From the NCBI GenBank assembly GCA_003564915.1, contig PXDX01000118.1:1-41206 (forward strand): DNA of 41,206 bases, in the 5' to 3' direction. Both the position numbers and the translations under genes were made by a program. Positions 1-8,518 of this stretch are shown piece by piece. Under the pieces are notes generated by a model. The model saw nothing but the letters and a program-made list of their open reading frames with translations, was not told the DNA's origin and did no database searches. Each line of letters begins with the position of its first letter. The first letter of the stretch is position 1. This DNA comes from a candidate division WWE3 bacterium. Its GTDB lineage: Bacteria; Patescibacteriota; WWE3; UBA101185; UBA10185.

Positions 1-80
1 ACATCGTATTTGTTTCGAGGGGTTAGGATTTTATATTTATCTAATTACTTATTACTTAGGAGTTGTTCCGCGGCTTTGTC

Positions 81-157
81 TGGTGCCAATGCCTGGGCTC
101 GAACCAGGGACCTGGCGCTTATGAAACGCCCGCTCTAACCGCCTGAGCTACGTTGGC
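81..157 (-). tRNA. tRNA with CAT anticodon (elongator Met or Ile2), CCA encoded
   Basis: Reverse complement GCCAACGTAGCTCAGGCGGTTAGAGCG-GGCGT-TTCATAA-GCGCC-AGGTCCCTGGTTCGAGCCCAGGCATTGGC-A-CCA folds as a cloverleaf. G1-C72 is paired, so it is not the initiator. Met versus Ile2 is unresolved. Confidence 0.93.
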
Positions 158-242
158 TTGCTTCTCTTCCCCCTCCCAAGGCAAAAGAATTATACCAAGA
201 AAAGCTCTTAAAAATGTAAGGATGTTATGTTTAGATTGATTT

Positions 243-316
243 TGGTTGCGGGGCTCGGATTCGAACCGAGGCCTTCAGATTATGAGCCTGACGAGGTACC
301 ACTCCTCCACCCCGCG
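243..316 (-). tRNA. initiator tRNA-fMet(CAT)
   Basis: Reverse complement CGCGGGG...TCAGG-CTCATAA-TCTGA...GGTTCGAATCC...CCCCGCA-A-CCA. The C1xA72 mismatch and CGCGGGG acceptor are typical of initiator tRNAs. Confidence 0.95.
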
Positions 317-329
317 TCAAACTTTGATA

Positions 330-358
330 ATGGTAACAAATAGTCCTATCTCTGTCAA
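330..358 (-). promoter_or_regulatory. sigma70 promoter for tRNA-fMet
   Basis: Minus strand TTGACA-17nt-TACCAT, 13 nt upstream of the tRNA 5' end. Confidence 0.75.
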
Positions 359-750
359 AAGAGAAGCTCTTTCCATTGCTCTATGGGAGGCGTATCTTTT
401 GTGTCGACGAGAGAACTCCTTGTTTTCAGATCCAATTCGGTAGACTCATTTTCAAGAACCTCTTCTTCTTTTGTGGCGAGATCTTCAGGGAAGATATAGA
501 TTTCTTCTCCAGGCCTCACCAGGTTCAGTTCGTTCCTAGCGGCTTCTTCAATATAATCATCGGTCTCTTTGTACTCTATACTTGTCTCAAGCTCTTCCTT
601 TTTGTTTTTCAGTGATAATACTTCCTGATCGGTTTGTTCCAATCTTTTGCTGCTCTCAAGAATACCTTTAGTTGTTCTGATGGCGTTGATTGACCCCAGA
701 GTGAAGAAAATAGCAAGAATTATATATTTTAGTTGGGCAGGAATGTGCAT
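355..750 (-). CDS. ftsB: septum formation initiator FtsB/DivIC family
   Basis: One N-terminal TM helix, a coiled coil, then the DDYIEEAARNELNLVRPGE motif. Start moved to ATG 750 (TACAAT 7 nt upstream). Confidence 0.8.
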   Translation of the reverse strand: MHIPAQLKYIILAIFFTLGSINAIRTTKGILESSKRLEQTDQEVLSLKNKKEELETSIEYKETDDYIEEAARNELNLVRPGEEIYIFPEDLATKEEEVLENESTELDLKTRSSLVDTKDTPPIEQWKELLF

Positions 751-848
751 TGAGGGTATTGTAATCAAAAAGTTGACGCACATCAACTCCCGTGATAGTC
801 TATAGGGTAGCTCTGCCCGGTATAAATTCACCTAGAATAATTAAGATT

Positions 849-1718
849 ATGAGTTTAAAAGAAGCAAGAGAAAAATTTTTAGAACACCTTGATGATATAG
901 GAAGGGCATCGTCTACACTGGTAGCTTATGGTAAAGATATTGAGCAGCTGACCGAATATATGACAAGGAGGGGAAAAAGTCTTCCGGAGGAAGTGACCTT
1001 AGAGGATTTGCAGAGCTTTATGGATCATTTTTCGGACAAGGGTTACACTAATAAGACCATTTCTCGTAAGACCAACTCGGCCAAGACATTCTTTTCTTAT
1101 TTGAAAGAGGAGGGGTATATCGAGGAGGACGTGTCCGAATATCTCAAACACCCCAAAGTAAAAAACACCGCACCAAGAATGTTGTCCAAGCTCGAATATA
1201 GGGCTTTAAGAGATGCGGCTCGCGATGACCCCCGGACGTATGCCCTGATAGAGCTTTTTCTTCAAGCAGGGCTTTCCATATCCGAGGTGTCGGGATTGGA
1301 ATTAGACCACCTTCATTTGGAAGGAGATAATCCTTACGTCTATATACCTGCCAGAGGATCACGTATGGAGAGAACGGTTCCTTTGAACGAAGCGGCTGTC
1401 TCCGCAGTAAAACATTATCTTAAGGAAGAGAGACCGGACATTGAGAGTGATTACCTCTTTATAACGAGAACGGGGAATCCTCTGTTGGTAAGAAATATTC
1501 GCTCTACGATTAACAGGTATTTTGAGAACGCCGGTGTGAAAGATGCCACTGTTAACGATCTTCGCCATACCTTTGTTGCACAAAACCTAAAGAATGGAGC
1601 CAGCATAGCCTTTATCTCTAAGGTTGTTGGTCATAAACGCGTATCGACCACTGAAAGGTATCTGCAATACATTGATCTGGATGAGCCCGGACAAAAGACC
1701 GAGCTAGCAGTTTTATAA
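849..1718 (+). CDS. XerC/XerD-like tyrosine recombinase with non-canonical catalytic residues
   Basis: SAM-like N-domain (STLVAYGKDI, TISRK..S..TFFSYL), box II LRHTF and GHKRVSTTERY. Start placed at ATG 849. Confidence 0.85.
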   Translation: MSLKEAREKFLEHLDDIGRASSTLVAYGKDIEQLTEYMTRRGKSLPEEVTLEDLQSFMDHFSDKGYTNKTISRKTNSAKTFFSYLKEEGYIEEDVSEYLKHPKVKNTAPRMLSKLEYRALRDAARDDPRTYALIELFLQAGLSISEVSGLELDHLHLEGDNPYVYIPARGSRMERTVPLNEAAVSAVKHYLKEERPDIESDYLFITRTGNPLLVRNIRSTINRYFENAGVKDATVNDLRHTFVAQNLKNGASIAFISKVVGHKRVSTTERYLQYIDLDEPGQKTELAVL

Positions 1719-1719
1719 G

Positions 1720-2196
1720 TTAACTAATTGATTTTTCTTCAACAATTTTCTTTACGCCTTGGAGGATAGTTTCTTTTGTATGATTTGTGGGTTCTCCGCT
1801 GAACATATTATAGGCCTCGCCCTCAACTCCTCCCGGTATCGTTACTATAACCGGAACAACCAGTCTCCCGCCAATTTTGGAGCTACCTATAGCATCGGAC
1901 ATTCTCAATTTTTCTTCACTATTCATTATCTCTTTAATCTTAATTTCCTCAGCATATCTGTCCGTTTTTACTTGCAGCAATAAAAGTAGATAATTTTTTT
2001 TGTGAGGCTCAACTATGATATCAACTCCTCCGGCATCTTCGCTTTCGGATGCTTGAGAGACGCGGCCGAAGTTCTCGTCTTTCAGAGATTTGATCACTGC
2101 CACTTCTCCTAAAGCTCCAGACAATCTATTAGATTCTACGTAGGGAATTTTCTCTCCTCTTAGAGCTCCGCCAACAAGATCACCTTGTAAAGACAT
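1720..2196 (-). CDS. hypothetical protein, PD-(D/E)xK nuclease-like
   Basis: Motif pattern G..GE31...ED..GVD59II...LQ75VK77. TG-n-TATCAT box 6 nt before the ATG. Confidence 0.55.
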   Translation of the reverse strand: MSLQGDLVGGALRGEKIPYVESNRLSGALGEVAVIKSLKDENFGRVSQASESEDAGGVDIIVEPHKKNYLLLLLQVKTDRYAEEIKIKEIMNSEEKLRMSDAIGSSKIGGRLVVPVIVTIPGGVEGEAYNMFSGEPTNHTKETILQGVKKIVEEKSIS

Positions 2197-2291
2197 GAGA
2201 ATATGATAACACCCATTACCGATTGGTTCTAGAATTTCTGCAGAATTTTTCAGATAAGGGATGATGTTATTAGAGGCTCTCTATTTTAGGA

Positions 2292-2368
2292 TGGTGGACC
2301 GTGGGGGACTCGAACCCCCGACCTCTACAATGCGAATGTAGTGCTCTAGCCATCTGAGCTAACGGCCC
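2292..2368 (-). tRNA. tRNA-Ala(CGC)
   Basis: Cloverleaf, anticodon arm CTACA-TTCGCAT-TGTAG, G3:U70 Ala identity pair, CCA end. Confidence 0.95.
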
Positions 2369-2433
2369 CCGCTTTAGGCAGTCAAATACCACGATGGACA
2401 TCAAGTCAACACCATAAATATTTATGGACTTTC

Positions 2434-2509
2434 TGGCGCGCCCGGAGGGACTCGAACCCCCGACCTCAGCGTCCGCAACGCTGCGTTCTATCCACTGAAC
2501 TACGGGCGC
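2434..2509 (-). tRNA. tRNA-Arg(GCG)
   Basis: Cloverleaf GCGCCCG.../CGGGCGC-G-CCA, anticodon arm CAGCG-TTGCGGA-CGCTG, A20 in the D-loop. Confidence 0.95.
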
Positions 2510-2610
2510 ACAAAAGGATATCGTAACTATTGGCAGCGCCATTATACAAGAAATATGCTGTCGAGTTGAGAACTTGGGTAGGAAGAGGATACAAAAGCCC
2601 GCAGGAAATT

Positions 2611-3195
2611 TTAAAGGTCCAGCTTGTCTATCGCTTTCCTTAGTGTTTTATCGAAAGGATTCTCAGGTGGACTTTCTAGATAAGAAAGATATTTTGAACA
2701 GATATCTTTTACTTTCTCTTTATCTCCTTCATTCAATGTTAGAAACAGTCTTGCCGGCAGCTCGTTTCCTTCAACGTTTACATTTAATATTGTGAATTCC
2801 CCCTCTTCTGTAAAGAAGAATTCCCCAAGCTGGTTCCAGTAATAGAATTTTCCCAAATACTTTATTCCATGCGTGGAAAGCTCATAGGAACCTGATTCCG
2901 GCGGAGTATTGGCCAAAATATATGCTATGAAAGCAATACTTGCGACTACAAGAATGATCATGAATTCCCCTATGACAAGAAGGAAGATTCCCAGAACGCC
3001 CGCTACTATCAAAATGTTCTTGGTCAGCTTTCCGCCGAATGATTTTATCTCTGATCGTGTAGGAGCTTCCCAGGAGTGTAGAAGCTCTCTCTCACCCTGA
3101 GTTTTTGGGTCAAAAGAATGATCTCTAGGAGGTTCGGGTTGTTTAGAACCGATACTCGTTATACCTAAGGAATCTGTAATATCAGATATCTGCAT
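2611..3195 (-). CDS. conserved hypothetical membrane protein (DUF5673-like, CPR-type)
   Basis: SWEAP motif, two TM helices, then a PP..SYELSTHGI...YYWNQLGEFF PH-like region. Confidence 0.65.
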   Translation of the reverse strand: MQISDITDSLGITSIGSKQPEPPRDHSFDPKTQGERELLHSWEAPTRSEIKSFGGKLTKNILIVAGVLGIFLLVIGEFMIILVVASIAFIAYILANTPPESGSYELSTHGIKYLGKFYYWNQLGEFFFTEEGEFTILNVNVEGNELPARLFLTLNEGDKEKVKDICSKYLSYLESPPENPFDKTLRKAIDKLDL

Positions 3196-3289
3196 ATTGA
3201 AACTATTTTAGAACAGATATTGAGGTTTGTCGAGATTAAAGATTAGCAGTTTATATAGCAGAAGCTGCGGTTTGATTTTAAGGTTTGAA

Positions 3290-3378
3290 TGGCGGAGGGT
3301 GCGGGATTCGAACCCACGCACCGCTTTTAGACGGTGACGGCTTAGCAAGCCGCTGCATTACCACTCTGCCAACCCTCC
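3290..3378 (-). tRNA. tRNA-Ser(GCT)
   Basis: GGAGGGT acceptor, anticodon arm GCGGC-TTGCTAA-GCCGT, long variable arm, G73-CCA. Confidence 0.95.
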
Positions 3379-3579
3379 GTAATTAGATGATAATTGTTGT
3401 AGCAGGAGTTATTTTAACATGAGTAAGGCTTTTGATGTTTATTGTGAGAAATAACTTTTGAGAGCATGTTCTTAAGCAGCTTTGTTGTTATGTGAGACTT
3501 TTTCTGGGGTTCAAAAAAGTCGCGTTAGCACGGCCCTATCTTAAGTACCCATTATTACCTTTTGCCTTGAAAAAGCCTC

Positions 3580-3969
3580 TGGTGGAGATGAGGGGAATCG
3601 AACCCCTGTCTTGAAAGACCAAATATGAGAGTTTACAAGCGTAGTTAAAGTATTTCTCGGAAGGAAAGTGCCTTAACAGACTTTTAGTACCTTCCCAGGT
3701 AAGATTTTTGAGCTTTTGCCCTTGGCTTTTGATTTTACCAGTTCCAAAAACCTCATTCCGGCTTTATTGGATTCTCTACGGACCTCCGGACAGATCCATA
3801 GGAACCTGACTTAAACAGTTTTACTGATTTTAAGCCATTGCGCCTGCTAATGCAGGAGCTTCTGCCATTTCATAATCGGCAAGTGTTTATTTGCTGTGTT
3901 TTACAAGCAACAGCAGCTTGGCTTGCACCCATATTTTTAAAGTACATTCAATCAAATCCTGTCATCCCC
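3580..3969 (-). ncRNA. ssrA: tmRNA
   Basis: 5' GGGGATGA and 3' GGTTCGATTCCCCTCATCTCCACCA form a tRNA-Ala-like domain with G3:U70. Internal tag frame 3880..3830 encodes ADYEMAEAPALAGAMA*. Lies 21 nt downstream of smpB. Confidence 0.95.
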
Positions 3970-3990
3970 GGAGAAGCCTATATACGATAC

Positions 3991-4446
3991 TCATCTTATC
4001 CCCAGATCTTTGCGCCGTTGTCTAAGATCTTTCTCAATCTGACGTTTTTTAGCAACCTGCTTCTTCTCATGTTTCTTACGCCCTCTTACTACGGCTATTT
4101 CTAATTTTATCAAATTATTGCGCAGAACTAAAGCTATGGGCACAGCTGTCTTACCCTTTTCGTCGATCTGCTTTATTATTTCTTCGATTTCTTTCCTGCT
4201 AAGCAGAATTTTTCTTTTCCTTTTTTCATCGATTTCACTCGCTCTCTGTGATCTTTTGGAATAGAGGCCGATATGCAAATTCACAACGTAAAGCTCCCCA
4301 TCCTCAGATTTGATATAGGCTCCTTCAAAGCTGACTTTTTTTTCACGTATGGCTTTAACTTCATAGCCTTTAAGCACTATTCCGGCGACGTATTTTTCTA
4401 TGATCTCATAATTGTGAAGAGCCTTACGATTCTTTACCAATAGCAT
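3991..4446 (-). CDS. smpB: SsrA-binding protein
   Basis: NRKALHNYEIIEKYVAGIVLKGYEVKAIR, RKRKILL and basic C-tail. ATG 4446 is preceded by TG-C-TAGAAT-6nt. Confidence 0.97.
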   Translation of the reverse strand: MLLVKNRKALHNYEIIEKYVAGIVLKGYEVKAIREKKVSFEGAYIKSEDGELYVVNLHIGLYSKRSQRASEIDEKRKRKILLSRKEIEEIIKQIDEKGKTAVPIALVLRNNLIKLEIAVVRGRKKHEKKQVAKKRQIEKDLRQRRKDLGIR

Positions 4447-4504
4447 GGGCACATTCTAGCAGGGAAAGCCTTGGATTCAAAAGCTTTTAATACCTTAAAT
4501 ATCT

Positions 4505-5944
4505 TTAAAGCTTTGGGAAAAGAGGCTCCTCAGATCTTATACGGTCTTTAAAGAATTGTTCTTGGATCCTTCGGCTGGTTGAAGGGATAAAAGGCTCCAA
4601 AATAAGGCTTATTTTTCTGATCTGATATACTTCCTTGCTCAAAACGTTTTTTAATTCCTCTTGATCTTCTATGGCCCAAGGCTCATTTTCATTAATATGT
4701 TTGTCCAGATCAGTCAACATTCTCCAGATGTTTTGTAAGGCAAGATCCACTCTGAATTTGCTTATTGGAGCGGACCAGGGAGCTTGCCAAACAAACTCCT
4801 TCTCTTGCGGCTCAAAACTCAAGCCGGACCTTTCGGCCATCTTTGCTATTCTGGCAACGGTATTCCCTAACCCATTAGCCAAATCAGCGTTATAGACTTC
4901 TTCCAGATGTTTAATGGAAATATCTACATCCTCGGTGATAGGGCCGTGTTTAAGGAAATAATATCTTACGGCATCGACTCCGTATTTTTTGACCAGATCG
5001 CTTGGACGAATCACGTTTCCCAAGGATTTACTGATTTTCTTACCCTTTAGGTTAATGAATCCATGGGCATAGATAGTGTCGGGGAGAGGTAACTCCAGGC
5101 TCAAGAGCATTACCGGCCAAAGCAGGGCGTGGAAGCGTAATATATCTTTACCCACAAAATGGATGATCTTGGTTTTTTCATTCCACATATCCTTTTGTTT
5201 TGCCGCCGTATAATAATTTACCAGAGCATCGTACCAGACGTAGATGATCTGTTCTTCGTCAGAGGGGACGCTAATTCCCCACGGAACCTTATATTTAGGC
5301 CTGCTGACGGGAATGTCGTTTAAGCCCTGTTCCAAAAAAGCCAGCATTTCATTTTTCTTGTTTTCAGGGAGGATGAAGTCGTCCTTTTTTTCTATCAATT
5401 CTCTGAGAGCATTCTCATAGGCTGACCATCTTAGGAAGTAGTTTTCTTCCTTTAGTAGCCTTATCTGCTTGTTAGGGTGTTGGGGACATTTTTTATCTTC
5501 ATCTAGATCTGACAGGGTCTTGTACTCTTCACAGCCCTCGCAGTAAAAGCCCTCGTATTCCGCTTTATATATGTCTCCTCTCTCCAAAGCCTTTTCGAAT
5601 AGGTTAGAGGCAGTTTTTACATGATCAGGATCAGTAGTTCTGATAAACCTGTCATAGGAGATATTCAAGGCATCTATCTCTTTACGATCCAAACTCGATA
5701 TCTTTCTGGTGTATTCCTCCACTGACATATTTTCTTCTTTGGCCGCAAGGTAGTTAGTAGTTCCATGCTCATCCGTTCCCGTTAGAAAATAGACGTTTTC
5801 TTTACCGTATATTTTCCTGTAGTAACGGGCTACGGAGTCGGCAAGAATCTTTTCATACGCATGTCCTATATGAATTACGTCATTTGCGTAATCAATTGCA
5901 GTTGTGATCAATATCTTTTCCTTCTCTTTATCGTTTTTTAGCAT
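4505..5944 (-). CDS. metG: methionyl-tRNA synthetase (short monomeric form)
   Basis: HIGH, TGTDEHG, CEGCE knuckle, YVWYDAL, GKDILRFH and KISKSLGN motifs. No C-terminal tRNA-binding domain. Confidence 0.97.
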   Translation of the reverse strand: MLKNDKEKEKILITTAIDYANDVIHIGHAYEKILADSVARYYRKIYGKENVYFLTGTDEHGTTNYLAAKEENMSVEEYTRKISSLDRKEIDALNISYDRFIRTTDPDHVKTASNLFEKALERGDIYKAEYEGFYCEGCEEYKTLSDLDEDKKCPQHPNKQIRLLKEENYFLRWSAYENALRELIEKKDDFILPENKKNEMLAFLEQGLNDIPVSRPKYKVPWGISVPSDEEQIIYVWYDALVNYYTAAKQKDMWNEKTKIIHFVGKDILRFHALLWPVMLLSLELPLPDTIYAHGFINLKGKKISKSLGNVIRPSDLVKKYGVDAVRYYFLKHGPITEDVDISIKHLEEVYNADLANGLGNTVARIAKMAERSGLSFEPQEKEFVWQAPWSAPISKFRVDLALQNIWRMLTDLDKHINENEPWAIEDQEELKNVLSKEVYQIRKISLILEPFIPSTSRRIQEQFFKDRIRSEEPLFPKL

Positions 5945-5967
5945 AGTAAAGCTATTTTAGCATAGTT

Positions 5968-6414
5968 TTATTCTTGTGTTTCTGGAGATACGGTTTTTTC
6001 TTTGAGTGTGCCGCCGTTTAACTCTATGACGTATCTCGCAGGAATTTTGTTCACATAGTTCGGGCATTTTTGCGGGTTAGTTTCAAAACATGGAGGGACG
6101 TTTAGCTCTTTATGCACTATGTCCCAATCACTGTCCAGCCAAATTATATCCAGAGGGATTAAAGTTTTGTACATCCAGAAGGAATGGAAGCCCTCTTTCT
6201 CGTATATAAAAACCATTCCTCTATCTTTGGGTAAATAATCTACTCCCATTAATCCTTTCGCTTTTTCTTGTGGGGTTTCAGCTACTTCCAGCCTATACCA
6301 ATTCCCTTCAACTTCTATATCCATATACCTCTTGGGTTTAGAAAGAAAAATATTCACAATTAATCCTATGATCAGCGCTGTTACTATAAGGGCTATCTTT
6401 TGATATTTATGCAT
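5968..6414 (-). CDS. DUF192 family protein
   Basis: N-terminal TM, LEVAETPQEKAKGLM, GMVF, FWM..TLIPLDIIW, YVIELNGG. Confidence 0.9.
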   Translation of the reverse strand: MHKYQKIALIVTALIIGLIVNIFLSKPKRYMDIEVEGNWYRLEVAETPQEKAKGLMGVDYLPKDRGMVFIYEKEGFHSFWMYKTLIPLDIIWLDSDWDIVHKELNVPPCFETNPQKCPNYVNKIPARYVIELNGGTLKEKTVSPETQE

Positions 6415-6482
6415 GGTTTTTAGTTTAACAGATAAAATAATGAGAATTTTCGGACTTATTTCGTGTTACTATAATTTAGCAT

Positions 6483-8426
6483 ATGGAAGACCTGTCTACA
6501 GAATTAAATTCGGCACAAAAGGAAGCCGTAATGCACGGAGAGGGGCCGGCTCTGGTAGTTGCAGGTCCCGGAAGTGGAAAAACACGCGTGTTAACCTACC
6601 GGGCGGCCTACCTAATCAATTGTTTAGGTGTATCCCAATTCAATATCTTAGCTGTTACTTTTACTAATAAGGCCGCCAGAGAGATAAAGAGCAGAGTTTC
6701 TATGTTGTCGGGCGATTCTTCGGTCAAGATTCCGTGGAGCGGGACTTTCCATTCAATTGCAGCTAGGATCTTACGAAGGGACGGGCAGCATATAGGTATT
6801 GAAAGGGATTTCGTTATTTACGATACTAACGATCAGCACTCTCTCATAAAAAAGATCATCCGGGAGATTGGTCTGGATTCTAAAAGAGTCAGACCCAAGG
6901 CTGTAATGAGTTCCATATCCGGCGCTAAGTCCGAACTTGTAACTTCCTCTGAATATTTCGAATTGGCATCAGGGTATTTTAACAAAGCGGTTTCAAAGAT
7001 CTATCCTGAATATCAAAAACAGCTTAGAAAGAACAATGCTCTGGATTTTGATGATCTTTTAATGGAGTTGGTTAGGCTTTTGGATGAAAGTCCCAGAACT
7101 TTGGCTAAATATCAGGATATTTTTCAGCATGTTCTGGTTGACGAGTATCAGGATACTAATAAAGCTCAGTACGTGATAACAAAACAACTTTCAGACAAAC
7201 ACAAGAATCTATTTGTTGTAGGTGATATGTCTCAGGCTATTTACAGTTTCAGAGGAGCTGATTATAGGAATATTCTCAATTTTCAGCGCGACTTTGAAAA
7301 TGCTGCAGTCTACAATCTGGATCAAAACTATCGTTCAACTCAGAACATTTTGGATGCAGCCAAGAAGGTCATTAGAAACAACTCTACTCATATCCCATTG
7401 GAGTTATGGACTGAAAAAGAATCCGGAGATTCTTTGACCTTACATACCGCCGTCAACGAAAAGGATGAGGCCGGATTCGTGGTGGAGAAAATATCTGAAG
7501 CTTTGATGGAAGGGAAGTCCTACAATGATATTGCCGTTTTGTATCGTACAAACGCCCAATCAAGAAATATTGAGGAAGCGCTGATAAAGAACAGTATTCC
7601 ATATAGAATATTCGGAGGCTTTAGATTTTATTCGCGGAAAGAGATTAAAGATGCCGTCGGGTTTTTGAGAGTTCTTTATAATCCGAGGGATAGGGTTTCC
7701 TGGGAAAGAATTATTAACGTTCCTCCGAGAGGTGTAGGTAAAGTAACTTTAGAGAGGATCAAAAATAACGATTGGAATTTGGATCTGATCGAAAAGGAAA
7801 CGCGACTCCCCTGGAGGAATTGGATCGACAGGGTATCTTCTCTAACTACGTTGGAACTCCTCGACCTTGTTTTGGACGGTACCGGATATATTGACCATAT
7901 TGATGACGGTTCGGAAGAAGGTAAAGATCGTATTGATAATCTTCGGGAGTTAAGATCCGTTGCGGATCTTTTTTCTGATCCGGCCGATTTTTTGGAGAAC
8001 GTGTCTTTGGTTGAAAGTGCCAATAAACCCAATACCTCCGAAGTTGATGCAGTAACGTTAATGACGGTGCATTCATCTAAAGGATTGGAATTTCCTGTGA
8101 TTTTTTTGGTCGGAATGGAGGAAGGCATATTTCCTCACAGACAATCTATTTTGGAGAGAGAAGAGCTGGAGGAAGAGAGAAGACTTTGCTATGTGGCCAT
8201 AACTCGTGCTATGGAGAAGGTTTTTCTGACAAAGACAAGGTTACGGTTATATTTTGGCAGTACTCAAGCAAACCCGCCCAGCCGGTTCATTGAGGAAATA
8301 GGAGATGAATTGCTCGATCTAACGGGCGGGGATTCTACTCCCGCTGACAGGAGAAAAAGAACCTCTGTAAAGGATTTTCTTGATGAACTGGACTACGATC
8401 GTAAAGATTTTAGCTGGGATAGTTAA
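6483..8426 (+). CDS. pcrA: ATP-dependent DNA helicase PcrA/UvrD
   Basis: AGPGSGKT, TFTNKAA, DEYQD, GD..QAIYSFRGA, QNYRS, T.HSSKGLEF, EEERRLCYVAITRA. Confidence 0.97.
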   Translation: MEDLSTELNSAQKEAVMHGEGPALVVAGPGSGKTRVLTYRAAYLINCLGVSQFNILAVTFTNKAAREIKSRVSMLSGDSSVKIPWSGTFHSIAARILRRDGQHIGIERDFVIYDTNDQHSLIKKIIREIGLDSKRVRPKAVMSSISGAKSELVTSSEYFELASGYFNKAVSKIYPEYQKQLRKNNALDFDDLLMELVRLLDESPRTLAKYQDIFQHVLVDEYQDTNKAQYVITKQLSDKHKNLFVVGDMSQAIYSFRGADYRNILNFQRDFENAAVYNLDQNYRSTQNILDAAKKVIRNNSTHIPLELWTEKESGDSLTLHTAVNEKDEAGFVVEKISEALMEGKSYNDIAVLYRTNAQSRNIEEALIKNSIPYRIFGGFRFYSRKEIKDAVGFLRVLYNPRDRVSWERIINVPPRGVGKVTLERIKNNDWNLDLIEKETRLPWRNWIDRVSSLTTLELLDLVLDGTGYIDHIDDGSEEGKDRIDNLRELRSVADLFSDPADFLENVSLVESANKPNTSEVDAVTLMTVHSSKGLEFPVIFLVGMEEGIFPHRQSILEREELEEERRLCYVAITRAMEKVFLTKTRLRLYFGSTQANPPSRFIEEIGDELLDLTGGDSTPADRRKRTSVKDFLDELDYDRKDFSWDS

Positions 8427-8518
8427 AAATTGAACGCGGCTTTTCTCAAGAACCGCAAAAAGATTTCCCGTTAATATCAGTTTTCACATACATTTATTTG
8501 TTCCGTTATAATGCATTC

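Noticed and set aside
849..2368. Integrative element (integrase plus nuclease) at tRNA-Ala(CGC)
   Set aside because: No duplicated tRNA 3' end (att) was found, the flanks are core genes, and the recombinase looks like a chromosomal Xer type.
246..4104. ORFs 246-443, 2270-2542 and 3838-4104
   Set aside because: Shadow ORFs over tRNA and tmRNA genes.
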